This document shows, piece after piece, positions 38,249 to 48,923 of a stretch of 64,000 nt of DNA (position 1 is its first letter; each line of letters starts with the position of its first letter). Position numbers and translations under genes: made by a program. Source of the DNA: a virus; IMG/VR virus record IMGVR_UViG_3300010149_005285, positions 7,308 through 71,307 of that record. One strand, written 5' to 3'. The notes beneath the pieces are model-generated. The model did no database searches and had not been told where the DNA came from. It saw only the letters and a list, made by a program, of their open reading frames with translations.

Positions 38249-38467
38249 ATGAATATAAATGAAATTACAAAATTAAAAGTACTTGCCGGTATAATTGATA
38301 AAGAAGGCAATAGAGTTGACGGTGATGATGAAAGTAATATAAGTGTCACTGGTTCTGAAAAAGGACGACTTCAACGTGAAAAGAATATAAAACCTGGAAC
38401 GGAAGAATGGTTCAAACTGTGGTTTTCAAAGCCACATTTAACAGGTGAAAAACCAACTGGAAAATAA
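38249..38467 (+). CDS. hypothetical protein (MNINEI..)
   Basis: IKPGTEEWFKLWFSKP. Confidence 0.7.
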   Translation: MNINEITKLKVLAGIIDKEGNRVDGDDESNISVTGSEKGRLQREKNIKPGTEEWFKLWFSKPHLTGEKPTGK

Positions 38468-38469
38468 CA

Positions 38470-38829
38470 ATGGAATTAGAAACAATAATCTTGTTTGCTT
38501 TATTATGCAAACATGCAGTAGCAGATCTAGCGGTACAATCATTTAGAGTACCATCACAAAAACATTTATATTTTAATAAAGGACTACATTTACATTCGTT
38601 AGATCATAGTGTATTAGCATTTATAACTTTATTAATATTTGTTGATCCTATTACTGCATTAATGTTTTCTTTGCTTGATTATGTATGTCATTGGCATATT
38701 GATTATACAAAGTCTAATATACTTAAAAAATTTAACATATCTAGAGAAGGCCCTGCATTTTGGCGTTTACAAACATTTGATCAAATATTCCATTATGCAA
38801 CATATGCACTAATAGTGTTTTTAATATAA
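38470..38829 (+). CDS. DUF3307-like membrane protein
   Basis: KH..AD..Q, H..DH, HWHIDY.K, DQ..H. Confidence 0.8.
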   Translation: MELETIILFALLCKHAVADLAVQSFRVPSQKHLYFNKGLHLHSLDHSVLAFITLLIFVDPITALMFSLLDYVCHWHIDYTKSNILKKFNISREGPAFWRLQTFDQIFHYATYALIVFLI

Positions 38830-38855
38830 GGTATGCTTTTTGCATAAATAGTTGT

Positions 38856-41800
38856 ATGAGAATATTTGAAGTAGATAGAAAATTATCGCAACAGGAACTG
38901 GATCAAATTGAAATTTTTGCAGATAGATTATTTGCGAAAATAGGTATTGATGTTGAATTTACACGACATTTTTTAGATAGATTAAACGATGAACGTAATG
39001 TAAAACAAATTACGGCAAGTGAGCTAACTCGTTTATTTAAACAAGAATACAAATATTGGGGAAAACAAATTGCCCAACTTGGTCCAGATTCCGAAGCGGT
39101 TCTCAAAGATCTTGCGACAGATGTTAATATACCATTTGCTTTACGTTGGGATAATGCTAATAATGAACTAGATCTTATTGCAAAAACTGTAATGCGTAAA
39201 AAAGATTTTAGAACATCTAATAAAGAATACGCAGTGTCGTCATATAATTATGATTTAGATAATAAACAAAACAAACAAATTTTTGAATCAATTAGGAATC
39301 TTATGGAAGGAATGCCAGCAGTTGATTTAACAAAACTTGATCCTGCACAATTCCAAAGTAAATATGGTGTATCAAAATCTACAATAACACAAGCACAAGG
39401 AAAAGTTATACAACTATTTCCAGAACCTCAAAAATCTAATCCTAGAATAAGAATTAGTGTAGGAAATTACTTAGTAAAAAATCCTGCATTAGCAAATCAA
39501 ATTGCGGCCAATGACAATGTTAAGCCAGGATTTAAATGGAAGGACTTACCAAAATTAGGTATTAAAGCATTACCTAAAATAATTGGTGGTGTTATTGCTG
39601 GAATATTAGCTCCTAGTGAATTAGGAGATGGTACACTTTCTATTGAACAAGAAATAGCATGGAAAATACATCAAGATTATCTAAGACAAAGTCCTTTAGA
39701 TGCTATAAATTATATTAAAGAATGGTATAAAAAAAGTGGTGATCCAAATGGATATAAAAATGATGCTGATTATAAATCAGCCGTAGGATACCATGCAGAT
39801 AATGTGATTAGATCTTTAGAAGGTACAATAGATCCAAAATTACAAGCAGCAGCTGATAAACTTAAAAAAGCTATACAGGCTGCTAAAAGTGCTCAAGAGT
39901 TAGAAGATTTAATTGGTAAAGTAGATCCTGGATTACAAAAAGCAGTAAATGATGCTGCACCGGAAGTACAAAGTGTAGCACCTGATGCTTTAATAAGTCC
40001 AGAAGTTAATCCTGAGGATTTAGGATTATTTAAAAATCCAGAAACAGATGATGGATTACGTGGAGGACTTCCACAGCCTAAACCACTTGAAGAACCAGCA
40101 CCAGAAGATGAACCTAAACCAGCAAATGATCCTTTACCTCCTAGGCCAAAGATCGTGCCTGATTCACCAGTGCAACCAGAAAACCCAAATCCAGATGCTG
40201 ATCCAGATAAGCCAGCACCTGAAGAACCAGCGCCAGAGAGACCAAAAGTTATTCCGTTTCCTGGTCCAGGAAAACCAGATATTGAGCCGGACCCAGACAC
40301 CAAGCCAGCTCCTAAACCAGATTTACCAAAACCTGAAGTAGATCCAACTTCACCAGATCAACCAGAAGAACCTGATGCTGATCCAAAACCAGAAGAACCT
40401 GCTCCGGAAGAACCAGCACCAGAACAACCTGATGCTGAACCAGAGAAGCCGGAACAACCTGATGCTGAACCAGAACCTAAACCCGATACTAAACCAGCAC
40501 CACAGCCAGGTCCAAAACCTGAAGTAGATCCAACTTCACCAGAACAACCACAGCCAGAACCAGATGCTGAACCACAGCCAGATGCTGAGCCACAGCCAGA
40601 GCCAGATGCTGAACCTGAGCCACAGCCAGAACCACAGCCTGAGCCACAGCCAGACCCACAGCCTGAGCCAATGCCACAACCTGAGCCTATGCCTCAGCCA
40701 CAGCCAGAACCTATGCCACAGCCAAATACTGAGCCAGCACCACAACCTGAGCCACAACCTGAGCCACAACCTGAGCCACAAACAGAACCACAACCTGAGC
40801 CTATGCCAGAGCCGCAAACGGAACCACAACCACAACCACAACCACAACCACAACCAAGTCCAGCTCCTGCACCAGCTCCTGCGCCAGCACCGGCTCCTGC
40901 ACCAGCTCCTAAGACACAACCTAAGCCACAGCCTAAACCACAACCTAAACCAAATCCTAGGCTAAGGGTAAATCCAAGACTAAGACCAGGCCGTGTTAGA
41001 CCAAGACGTGATTGGGATTGGGGAGGTAGCAGTGACTTATATAAAACAAATTTATACAAATGGACACAAAAATATGGTACATTTGAAAATGAGAATTTAA
41101 TTAAGAAGTACTTTACATTAAATGAAGGCGGAGCAATGCCTGGTGTAGGTGCTATACATATAGATGAAATAAATCCAACACTAGAACAATTAGAAAAATC
41201 ACTAGACTTAGATTTAAAAAACTTTACATTAGGTAGTGTAGGTAAAAGACAATTTAGTGGCGATATAGATGTTGCATTAAACTTACCTCCAGAAGAGATT
41301 CCAGCATTTATAGAGAAACTTAAAAAGAATCCACTTATTAAAGATATAGCAAAATCAAGTGTTATAATGACAAAAGTACAAATTCAAAACTTTGATAAAA
41401 CAAAAGAAGATGGAAGACCACGTACAGGTTTTGTACAAGTAGATTTTATGCCAGGTGATCCAGGCTGGATGAAAACTTATTATCATAGTCCAGGAGAAGA
41501 TGAATCTAAATATAAAGGTGTATATCGTAACATTATGATTGCATCAATGGCGGCACACTTAGATAGACAAGTTAGTGATGCTAAATTAGAAGATGGTCGT
41601 CCAATGGAAGAATTAAGATATATGTGGAGTCCAACTGAAGGATTAATTAGAGTTAAACGTACACCAGTTAGAAATAAAGCAGATACTGGTTATACAAAAA
41701 AGAATAATAATGAAACTATTGATGGTCCATATAAACAGGCAGACGAGATTGCTAAAATATTAAAATTAGATAGTGCAAAAGATTTGAATAGTTTTGAATC

Positions 41801-41915
41801 ATTGCTTACAGCAATGCAAAAAAACTGGACAAAAGAAGGTCAACAAAATGTTATTCAAGCATTTAAAGACAACAGCGTTGTACAAGATATTGGAGTTCCG
41901 GAGGAGTTACAATAA
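38856..41915 (+). CDS. large modular protein with Pro/Glu/Gln linker and C-terminal Pol-beta-like nucleotidyltransferase domain
   Basis: [15 protein letters not shown] and QVDFM motifs after a roughly 300-aa PEPQ/PA linker. Confidence 0.75.
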   Translation: MRIFEVDRKLSQQELDQIEIFADRLFAKIGIDVEFTRHFLDRLNDERNVKQITASELTRLFKQEYKYWGKQIAQLGPDSEAVLKDLATDVNIPFALRWDNANNELDLIAKTVMRKKDFRTSNKEYAVSSYNYDLDNKQNKQIFESIRNLMEGMPAVDLTKLDPAQFQSKYGVSKSTITQAQGKVIQLFPEPQKSNPRIRISVGNYLVKNPALANQIAANDNVKPGFKWKDLPKLGIKALPKIIGGVIAGILAPSELGDGTLSIEQEIAWKIHQDYLRQSPLDAINYIKEWYKKSGDPNGYKNDADYKSAVGYHADNVIRSLEGTIDPKLQAAADKLKKAIQAAKSAQELEDLIGKVDPGLQKAVNDAAPEVQSVAPDALISPEVNPEDLGLFKNPETDDGLRGGLPQPKPLEEPAPEDEPKPANDPLPPRPKIVPDSPVQPENPNPDADPDKPAPEEPAPERPKVIPFPGPGKPDIEPDPDTKPAPKPDLPKPEVDPTSPDQPEEPDADPKPEEPAPEEPAPEQPDAEPEKPEQPDAEPEPKPDTKPAPQPGPKPEVDPTSPEQPQPEPDAEPQPDAEPQPEPDAEPEPQPEPQPEPQPDPQPEPMPQPEPMPQPQPEPMPQPNTEPAPQPEPQPEPQPEPQTEPQPEPMPEPQTEPQPQPQPQPQPSPAPAPAPAPAPAPAPAPKTQPKPQPKPQPKPNPRLRVNPRLRPGRVRPRRDWDWGGSSDLYKTNLYKWTQKYGTFENENLIKKYFTLNEGGAMPGVGAIHIDEINPTLEQLEKSLDLDLKNFTLGSVGKRQFSGDIDVALNLPPEEIPAFIEKLKKNPLIKDIAKSSVIMTKVQIQNFDKTKEDGRPRTGFVQVDFMPGDPGWMKTYYHSPGEDESKYKGVYRNIMIASMAAHLDRQVSDAKLEDGRPMEELRYMWSPTEGLIRVKRTPVRNKADTGYTKKNNNETIDGPYKQADEIAKILKLDSAKDLNSFESLLTAMQKNWTKEGQQNVIQAFKDNSVVQDIGVPEELQ
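40070..40960 (+). repeat. low-complexity coding repeats (PEPQ, PQ, PA)
   Basis: CCACAACCTGAG and CCACAA tandem units; [10 protein letters not shown] duplicated. Confidence 0.9.
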
Positions 41916-42178
41916 TGCTAATTAATGAAATAACTGAAGCATCACCTTGGACTAATATGATGAGAAGAATAAAGCCTGTTGTTAGTAGAGATAAGTATAG
42001 GCGTGTTGCAGAAAAATTACACAAGATATTATTACGTAAAGAAAAAGAAAATGGTGGTGTTTTTAGACATGCACTAGGTTGGTATACATATAATATTGGT
42101 AATTCACATAAAGATATAGATCATCATGTACTAAAACAATTCTACTTAGATAATTTCGACCCTGTTATATCAGACTAA
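41915..42178 (+). CDS. hypothetical protein (MLINEITE..)
   Basis: TAATG coupling. Confidence 0.7.
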   Translation: MLINEITEASPWTNMMRRIKPVVSRDKYRRVAEKLHKILLRKEKENGGVFRHALGWYTYNIGNSHKDIDHHVLKQFYLDNFDPVISD

Positions 42179-42184
42179 ATACAT

Positions 42185-42213
42185 TTGACATATGCAAGTA
42201 AACCTTGTATAAT
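42185..42213 (+). promoter_or_regulatory. sigma70-type promoter
   Basis: TTGACA-17-TATAAT. Confidence 0.8.
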
Positions 42214-42233
42214 AGTTCAAATAAAGAGAATTC

Positions 42234-43412
42234 ATGACAGACAAATATTGTATATATACAAATAACTTTACATTCGTTGACAATGACGGGTATGTAGCGT
42301 TATGTTGTAAAAACTTAAAAAACAAACTAGATCAATATCATATTAAAGATTATAAATTAAGTGATATTTGGAACAGTCCAGAAATGCATAGTGTTAGAGC
42401 AGAAATTGCCGACGGCGGTGAACCTATGGGTTGCTTTAAATGCTACGATCCAGAACGTGAAGGAGTACGTAGTTTTAGACAAAAAGCATTAGGAATGATT
42501 AATAAAGGTGTTCCATTTCAAGATGAAAAAATACATGCACTTGATTTAAGACTAGGTAATGTATGTAACTTAGCATGTGTAATGTGCTTTGCAGGTAACA
42601 GTAATAAAATATTACAAAATCATAAAACTATGGCAACACATTTTAATTGGAAAGAAGGCCGTTTAGAAAAAGAAGCAAAAAAATATCACAAAAGCAATTA
42701 CGATTGGAGTGATGATCCAAGAGCGTGGGACAACATTATTAGTAGTGTTGACAAAGATTTAAAACATGTATACCTAGCAGGAGGTGAACCTTTTTATCTT
42801 AAAAACTTTCCAACAACAGTACAACGTTTAGGATCACTTGCACCCAATGCTCGTTTTGTTATTAATACAAATGGTACAAGACTACTAAGAGAAAAAGATT
42901 TAGAAAAGTTTAAAACTGTTGAAAATGTAAATTTAAGATTTAGTATTGACGGTTGGGGCAAAGCAAATGATTGGACTAGACAAGAAGATGTATGGGAAGA
43001 AAAAATTGCAGTTATGGACCAATACTATAAAGAATTTAAATTGCGTATATGGGATATTACAGCCAACAGTTTAAGTGTAAGACATATTCCACAACTAATA
43101 AAATACTTATGGGAACATTACCCAAATGCTAAAGTACAAATAAGACCGGTTATTAACAAAACTGAAGTTCTTATGGAAAACATTCCAGATAGATTTAAAG
43201 CAGAATCATTAAAATTCTTCGAAGACAATAAACAAAAACTAGAAGGTGTTGATCATGTTATAAATGAAATGCGAAGACCTTTTAACAATGATCCAAAACG
43301 TAAAGCAACAGTTAAACAATTTGTTGAATATTACGATACCTACGGAGCAGTTACAATGGAAAGTTTTGATCCAGAGCTAGCTGATTGGATCTATGGCGAT
43401 GCAGAAGAATAG
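42234..43412 (+). CDS. radical SAM protein with N-terminal twitch/SPASM-like domain
   Basis: C..CC..CFKC; CNLACVMC, AGGEPF, NTNG, SIDG. Confidence 0.9.
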   Translation: MTDKYCIYTNNFTFVDNDGYVALCCKNLKNKLDQYHIKDYKLSDIWNSPEMHSVRAEIADGGEPMGCFKCYDPEREGVRSFRQKALGMINKGVPFQDEKIHALDLRLGNVCNLACVMCFAGNSNKILQNHKTMATHFNWKEGRLEKEAKKYHKSNYDWSDDPRAWDNIISSVDKDLKHVYLAGGEPFYLKNFPTTVQRLGSLAPNARFVINTNGTRLLREKDLEKFKTVENVNLRFSIDGWGKANDWTRQEDVWEEKIAVMDQYYKEFKLRIWDITANSLSVRHIPQLIKYLWEHYPNAKVQIRPVINKTEVLMENIPDRFKAESLKFFEDNKQKLEGVDHVINEMRRPFNNDPKRKATVKQFVEYYDTYGAVTMESFDPELADWIYGDAEE

Positions 43413-44607
43413 TTTTTGTTCAATTCCTTGGATACACTCAGCAACTAAAACAAATGGTGCAAGCAGAGTATGTTGTTTAATGAGCAACTACGACACCGGT
43501 AATGGTGGACAAACTGGTCATAATTTTAAAACTCACACAATAGAAGAAATACATAATAGTGAATTTACTCGTAAAATTCGTAAACAATTCTTAGCAGGAG
43601 AAAAACCTGTTGAATGTGCTACATGTTGGACAAAGGAAGCCAATGGCGGTAAAAGTAGACGTACATTTACAAATAATATGTATAAAGATATAATTGATTA
43701 TGATAAAGCAGTTAAGTTAACTACTCCTGATGGCAGTACAACACAAATGCCTATATATTGGGATTTGCGTTTTGGTAATTTATGTAATTTAAAATGTGTA
43801 ATGTGTGGACCACAAAGTAGTAGTATGTGGTATAAAGATTGGGCAAGTGTATATAACACTGACCATTTTTATGATAGTAATACAAAAATAGAAATTAACA
43901 ATAAAGATGATTCTAATTATGATTGGTGGAAAAGTGAACACTTCTGGCAACAATTAGAAAATAATATAGATCAATTACAACATGTATATCTAGTAGGTGG
44001 AGAACCTATGCTTATTGAAAATCATTATGTGTTTTTACAAAAGCTAATAGATAAAGGTGTAAGCAATAATGTTACATTAGAATATGATACAAATATTACA
44101 AATGTACATCAACGTGCTATTGAGCAATGGAAACATTTTAAAAAACTAATGCTTAGAGTAAGTATAGATGATTTTGGAGAACAAAACGATTATATACGTT
44201 TTCCTAGTAAATGGTATAAGCTAGATGAAAATATAAAACGTATTGAGGCGTTATTACCAAACACACAAATAGAAATAAGTATTACATGGCAAGTACTTAA
44301 TGCTTTTACATTTTTAAAATTGTTAGATCATTTTAAAAAGTATCACATTAATATAAGAATATTATCAGCACCACGTATGTTTGATTGTAAACAATTATCT
44401 AAGCAATCAAAGCTAGATTTAATAAATATGTATGAGAATTCAGTACATAGACGTAAAATACAACACTTAATAAACTATCTTAGAATGACTATGGACTATG
44501 AAGGCAATATATACGAATGTGCTGATTTTTTGGAAAGATTAGATGTTTTGAGAAAAACAAGTTGGCAAAATACATTCAAAGACTTGTTTAAATCGATAAA
44601 TACTTAA
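43393..44607 (+). CDS. radical SAM protein with N-terminal twitch/SPASM-like domain
   Basis: FCSIPW..CC..CATC; CNLKCVMC, GGEPM, DTN, SIDD, YIRFPS.W. Confidence 0.9.
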   Translation: MAMQKNSFCSIPWIHSATKTNGASRVCCLMSNYDTGNGGQTGHNFKTHTIEEIHNSEFTRKIRKQFLAGEKPVECATCWTKEANGGKSRRTFTNNMYKDIIDYDKAVKLTTPDGSTTQMPIYWDLRFGNLCNLKCVMCGPQSSSMWYKDWASVYNTDHFYDSNTKIEINNKDDSNYDWWKSEHFWQQLENNIDQLQHVYLVGGEPMLIENHYVFLQKLIDKGVSNNVTLEYDTNITNVHQRAIEQWKHFKKLMLRVSIDDFGEQNDYIRFPSKWYKLDENIKRIEALLPNTQIEISITWQVLNAFTFLKLLDHFKKYHINIRILSAPRMFDCKQLSKQSKLDLINMYENSVHRRKIQHLINYLRMTMDYEGNIYECADFLERLDVLRKTSWQNTFKDLFKSINT

Positions 44608-44620
44608 AAGGATTACTATT

Positions 44621-45145
44621 ATGAAAATAAACGAAATAGATTGTTGGGATGGTTATAAGAAAAAAGGAACTAAACCCGGCACTGGTAAAAACAAAGGAAA
44701 ACGTGTAAATAATTGCGTTAAAGAAGATGGTGTAATAGTTCCTGGTGTTAACACTACAGTAGACGTTAAACCTGGGCAAACTGAAAAAGAAGCAGCTAAA
44801 TTCTTTGGCAAAGGTAAGCCTGCAGAACTACATGCAAAAGCACGTAAAAACAGTACACCGCATAACTTATATAACTTAGGGTTAACTGAATCACAAGTTA
44901 AGTTAATGGAAGCGGTAATTAAACAATCACCAGTTATGGATGTGTTATATAACTTATCATCGAGAAAAGACAATAATCCTTTTCCAGTTAAGTTTTATAA
45001 TGACTTAGTAATTAATGTAAAACCTTTAGAAGCAAAGAAAATAGTAATGCTATATTTAGATTCAGATGAAGAAAAGCAAAAAGAGATTGAACAATACATT
45101 CATACAGTAAATGGATTTAAAGAATTATTACAAAGGATTAGATAA
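44621..45145 (+). CDS. modular hypothetical protein (MKINEI..)
   Basis: Late box 44597; CWDGYK..VNNCVKE module. Confidence 0.7.
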   Translation: MKINEIDCWDGYKKKGTKPGTGKNKGKRVNNCVKEDGVIVPGVNTTVDVKPGQTEKEAAKFFGKGKPAELHAKARKNSTPHNLYNLGLTESQVKLMEAVIKQSPVMDVLYNLSSRKDNNPFPVKFYNDLVINVKPLEAKKIVMLYLDSDEEKQKEIEQYIHTVNGFKELLQRIR

Positions 45146-45324
45146 TGCTAATGACCCCAGAACAATTTGCTCATTATGTTGAAAAAATAAAAGAGCATGA
45201 AAAGAAACGTTTAAGTACAAATGAACGTCTGAAGTACTGGGCAAGATATTTTGGCACTTCTAAAGAAGCACTAGACACTGATGCTGGTTATGATATGAAT
45301 TGGTTTGCAGATGATCATAAATGA
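45145..45324 (+). CDS. hypothetical protein (59 aa)
   Basis: TAATG coupling; MLMTPEQF..DDHK; below ORF-track cutoff. Confidence 0.6.
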   Translation: MLMTPEQFAHYVEKIKEHEKKRLSTNERLKYWARYFGTSKEALDTDAGYDMNWFADDHK

Positions 45325-45880
45325 AATAGTTTCAACTCACCCAGGCCTAAGAGAAGCACTTAATGAAATAGGCAGTACTAGTCAAGTATATGTTGACATG
45401 GACGGTGTTCTTGCAGACTTTTTTGGCGAGTGGCAAAAGTTAATAGGTAGCAACTGGCGTAATGTTAAAAAGATAGAACCTGCATTACAGAAGATCAGAG
45501 ACAAAGATGACTTCTGGCTTACGTTACCTTTACTTCCTCAAGCAAAAAATCTATTAAATATTATTAAAAATGTTAAAGGTAGCTACAGTATTCTTAGTAG
45601 TCCATTACCAAACGATCCTAACTCAGAGCCACATAAGCGTGAATGGATTGAAAAGAATTTAAGTTTCTTTCCACCTGAGAATGTAATTATTACTCACGAT
45701 AAAGCAAAATATGCTACACAACAAGATGGTACTCCAAATATATTAATTGACGATTTTGGACAAAACATTTCAAAATGGGAAGCAGCTGGCGGTGAAGGAT
45801 TTAAACACAAAGATCATAAATTTGAACGTACGGCAAAAGCAATCAAACAATACATGACTACGCCTGCAAAGGAGCAATAA
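45311..45880 (+). CDS. HAD 5'(3')-nucleotidase-like phosphatase
   Basis: YVDMDGVLADF, ILSSP, K..W, ILIDD..NI..W...GG; start MIINEI. Confidence 0.88.
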   Translation: MIINEIVSTHPGLREALNEIGSTSQVYVDMDGVLADFFGEWQKLIGSNWRNVKKIEPALQKIRDKDDFWLTLPLLPQAKNLLNIIKNVKGSYSILSSPLPNDPNSEPHKREWIEKNLSFFPPENVIITHDKAKYATQQDGTPNILIDDFGQNISKWEAAGGEGFKHKDHKFERTAKAIKQYMTTPAKEQ

Positions 45881-45881
45881 A

Positions 45882-47189
45882 ATGCTGATTAATGAAGTCC
45901 TTGTATATGAAGAACGATTAAATGCAACGCCTATTATTAGTCCTGCTATAAAAACCCTTGATAAAGTATTTAAAGACAATAGACACGAAATGCGTATAGT
46001 TGGAGGAGCAGTACGAGATATTGCTTTAGGAAAATCACCAAAAGATATTGATTTTGCTACAGATGCTACTCCAGATGAAATGATGGCTATACTTGATAAA
46101 GCAGGCATAAGACATAAACCTACAGGATTAGAACACGGTACTATTACTGCTATCCTAGATAACGAACCATTTGAAATTACAACACTAAGAGCAGACAAAG
46201 AAACAGACGGCAGACATGCTGAAGTTGAGTTTGTTAAGAGTTGGGAAGAAGATGCTAAACGTAGAGATTTAACATACAATGCCATGAGTATGGATATTGA
46301 TGGAAATGTTTATGACTATTTTGGTGGAATGGATGATTTACAAGATAAAGTCAGTAAGTTTGTAGGTGATGCAGAAAAAAGAATTACTGAAGATTATTTA
46401 AGAATATTACGTTACTTTCGTTTTCAAGGTAGACTATCAAAGCCTACTTGGGACAAAGATACACTAGAAGCAATTACAAAACATGCTAAAGGACTATCCG
46501 GTATTAGTGCCGAGAGAATATGGCAAGAGATGAGCAAAGTACTTTCAGGACAAAATGTTGCAAGTGTAATATCTATGATAGAAAAAACGGGTGTAAGTAA
46601 AGTTATTGGATTATCTACTAACAATGCAAATAGTGTAAAAGATAAGAGCAACCCCGTCTTAGCGTTAGCACAATTGGATAATAGCGTAGATCTTGCTAAA
46701 CGTTGGAAGTTAAGTAACAACGAAACAGAATTATTAAACTTTTTAGTTAAACACAAAAATGATCCACTTGATCAAAAGAAAGTAGAAGATATGATTGCTG
46801 ATGGAGTAAACAAAGACTTAATATCAGCACTAGCAACAATGCAAGGTAAAAGTGTAAACACTGATGCTAAAATACCAAACTTTCCATTAACAGGTGCAGA
46901 CTTAATTGCTAAAGGTATGAAGCCTGGTCCAGAAATGGGTGCAACATTAAACAAATTAAAACAACAATGGAAAGCAAGTAACTTTAAAGCAACTAAACAA
47001 GATTTATTAGGAGAAAACTTTGCAGATGGTAAAGTAAAAGGTAAAAGTAGACCAGGGCGTGTAAAACGTTCAGGTGCTAGTTGTAATGGCAGTGTAACAG
47101 AACTCAGAGCAAAAGCAAAAAAAGCCAGCGGTGAAAAAGCAAAAATGTACCATTGGTGTGCTAATATGAAATCAGGCAAGAAGAAATGA
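45882..47189 (+). CDS. cca: class II CCA tRNA nucleotidyltransferase with appended basic C-terminal module
   Basis: GGAVRD..DIDFAT, EITTLR, RRDLTYNAM, EDYLRILRYFRF, ERI..E; no HD domain. Confidence 0.9.
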   Translation: MLINEVLVYEERLNATPIISPAIKTLDKVFKDNRHEMRIVGGAVRDIALGKSPKDIDFATDATPDEMMAILDKAGIRHKPTGLEHGTITAILDNEPFEITTLRADKETDGRHAEVEFVKSWEEDAKRRDLTYNAMSMDIDGNVYDYFGGMDDLQDKVSKFVGDAEKRITEDYLRILRYFRFQGRLSKPTWDKDTLEAITKHAKGLSGISAERIWQEMSKVLSGQNVASVISMIEKTGVSKVIGLSTNNANSVKDKSNPVLALAQLDNSVDLAKRWKLSNNETELLNFLVKHKNDPLDQKKVEDMIADGVNKDLISALATMQGKSVNTDAKIPNFPLTGADLIAKGMKPGPEMGATLNKLKQQWKASNFKATKQDLLGENFADGKVKGKSRPGRVKRSGASCNGSVTELRAKAKKASGEKAKMYHWCANMKSGKKK

Positions 47190-47193
47190 TTAT

Positions 47194-47487
47194 ATGGAAA
47201 AAATTTATCCAAAATGCGAAAATGCAGAACGTTTGTATGTTACATCAAATAGCCAGATAAGACCTTGTTGTTGGTTAGGTGAAGCAGGTTCAATAAACAA
47301 AAGTCCTAAATGGAATTTAAATACTAATACAATTGAAAATATTCTTGACATTGAATTAAAAAAATATGTAGAGAATTTAAAAAAAGATCCTAAAACATGG
47401 GCACAAAAAGCATGTTGGAAACAATGTAGTAAACCATTTACTTCAGTAAACAGACCAACAGAAAATTGGGTATATGTAAATGAATAA
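47194..47487 (+). CDS. stand-alone SPASM/twitch-like Fe-S protein
   Basis: PKC..IRPCCW..N....I..IL..C...C. Confidence 0.7.
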   Translation: MEKIYPKCENAERLYVTSNSQIRPCCWLGEAGSINKSPKWNLNTNTIENILDIELKKYVENLKKDPKTWAQKACWKQCSKPFTSVNRPTENWVYVNE

Positions 47488-48109
47488 CGGTATGTTACTT
47501 CATCTGGAAATGAGCAAGCGTTGTATACTTGAATGTCCAAAATGTCCTAGAACTATATACAAAGGTAGGTATGAAATAGATGATCTTAATATTGATCATG
47601 CAAAAGAATTAGTAATCAAAACTAAACCACGTGTAGTAAATATGTGTGGTAATTTAGGTGATCCAATATATCATCCTAGATTAATAGAATTTATAACATG
47701 GTTAGAAAAAGAAAATTATCATTGGGATCTACATACAAATGGATCAGGTAAAAAAGAAAGTTGGTGGCAAGAATTATATGATTGTTATGAAACTAAATAC
47801 AATAAGATATGGTTCGGAGTTGATGGCTTAGCTGATACTGCTCACAATTATAGAGTTGGTATAAACTGGCAACAATCATTTGATGCTATGTGCTTAGGAG
47901 TAAAACAAGGAAAAGATATTTATTGGCAATGGATACCTTTTAGCTTTAATGAACATCAAATTGATGAGGCTAAAAAGTTAGCTACTGATAATGGAATTAA
48001 TCTTGTCCTTAGACTAAGTGCTAGATGGGATGAAAACGATCCGTTAAAACCATCGCCAAAATGGCTTCCAACAGAAGGACATGATGGCAATATAAAGGAA
48101 ATATTATGA
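47480..48109 (+). CDS. radical SAM protein (core only)
   Basis: CILECPKC, GNLGDP, HTNG, FGVDG. Confidence 0.85.
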   Translation: MNNGMLLHLEMSKRCILECPKCPRTIYKGRYEIDDLNIDHAKELVIKTKPRVVNMCGNLGDPIYHPRLIEFITWLEKENYHWDLHTNGSGKKESWWQELYDCYETKYNKIWFGVDGLADTAHNYRVGINWQQSFDAMCLGVKQGKDIYWQWIPFSFNEHQIDEAKKLATDNGINLVLRLSARWDENDPLKPSPKWLPTEGHDGNIKEIL

Positions 48110-48297
48110 AGGTAAGTGATATATTAAAACTACCCGACATTAAAATAGGTGACGAATTGTTAGTAGGAAAATTTAAAAACCGTAAAGCAGTTGTAACTGG
48201 TTTTGGAGTAGATGACAATAATCAACCTGTATTAAAAACTAATAAAGGTGACCAAAAATTATTCAAACCTAGAATAGTTAAATTAATGGACAAGTAA
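48106..48297 (+). CDS. hypothetical protein
   Basis: IKIGDELLVGKFKNRK. Confidence 0.7.
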   Translation: MKVSDILKLPDIKIGDELLVGKFKNRKAVVTGFGVDDNNQPVLKTNKGDQKLFKPRIVKLMDK

Positions 48298-48298
48298 A

Positions 48299-48679
48299 AT
48301 GAAAGTGAGTCTAATAAGACTTAAACCTAGAGATGCGATGCAGTTGCGTGGTATTATAGATGAAGATACTGCAATAAAGTGTTATTTGCAATGGCCCTTT
48401 ACAAAAAAGGTTGCATTTTCTTTCATTTCACATTATAATACATGGGGTATATGGATTAATAATGGTATACTTGCAGGTGCAGTAGAAGTTAAAGAAGATT
48501 TTGAAACTGCATATTTTGTTGCTAAAAAGTATAGAAATCTAGGTATTGCTACTGAAGCAGTAATACAATGTAAAGATCGTTTTGCAAATAAACAATTACA
48601 TTGTATTATCAATCCAGATAATAAAGCAAGTTTAAGGGTAGCTAACAAAGCAAATTTAAGAGTAAATTTCTTTAGCTAA
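48299..48679 (+). CDS. GNAT (RimJ-like) acetyltransferase
   Basis: YRNLGIATEA, I.PDN.AS.RV..K. Confidence 0.8.
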   Translation: MKVSLIRLKPRDAMQLRGIIDEDTAIKCYLQWPFTKKVAFSFISHYNTWGIWINNGILAGAVEVKEDFETAYFVAKKYRNLGIATEAVIQCKDRFANKQLHCIINPDNKASLRVANKANLRVNFFS

Positions 48680-48688
48680 TAAAGTGTT

Positions 48689-48922
48689 ATGTCAAACAAA
48701 AAAATTAAAAAAGACGATATTAAAGAAACACATGGACCAATGAATAGTGTAGCAAAAGAAGATGCATTAGTTTGGGCAGGTGCTCCAGATGTAAAACACT
48801 TGAGCAAATTAGAACCACACAAACGCAGAGAAGTTATTGCTAAAAAGAATAAAGCTAAACTTAGTAGTAAAAAACACGATAGAAATATAAGTAAAAGTAT
48901 ACTTAGAAATATAGAGGAGTAA
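48689..48922 (+). CDS. small basic hypothetical protein
   Basis: 77 aa. Confidence 0.6.
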   Translation: MSNKKIKKDDIKETHGPMNSVAKEDALVWAGAPDVKHLSKLEPHKRREVIAKKNKAKLSSKKHDRNISKSILRNIEE

Positions 48923-48923
48923 T

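Noticed and set aside
40070-40960. Repeat region as a possible CRISPR array
   Set aside because: Short in-frame tandem units without unique spacers; no cas genes in the window
40048-41059. Alternative-frame ORFs with WLWL, CGCG and HNHN repeats
   Set aside because: Shadow frames of the PEPQ/PA coding repeat; no SD or independent support
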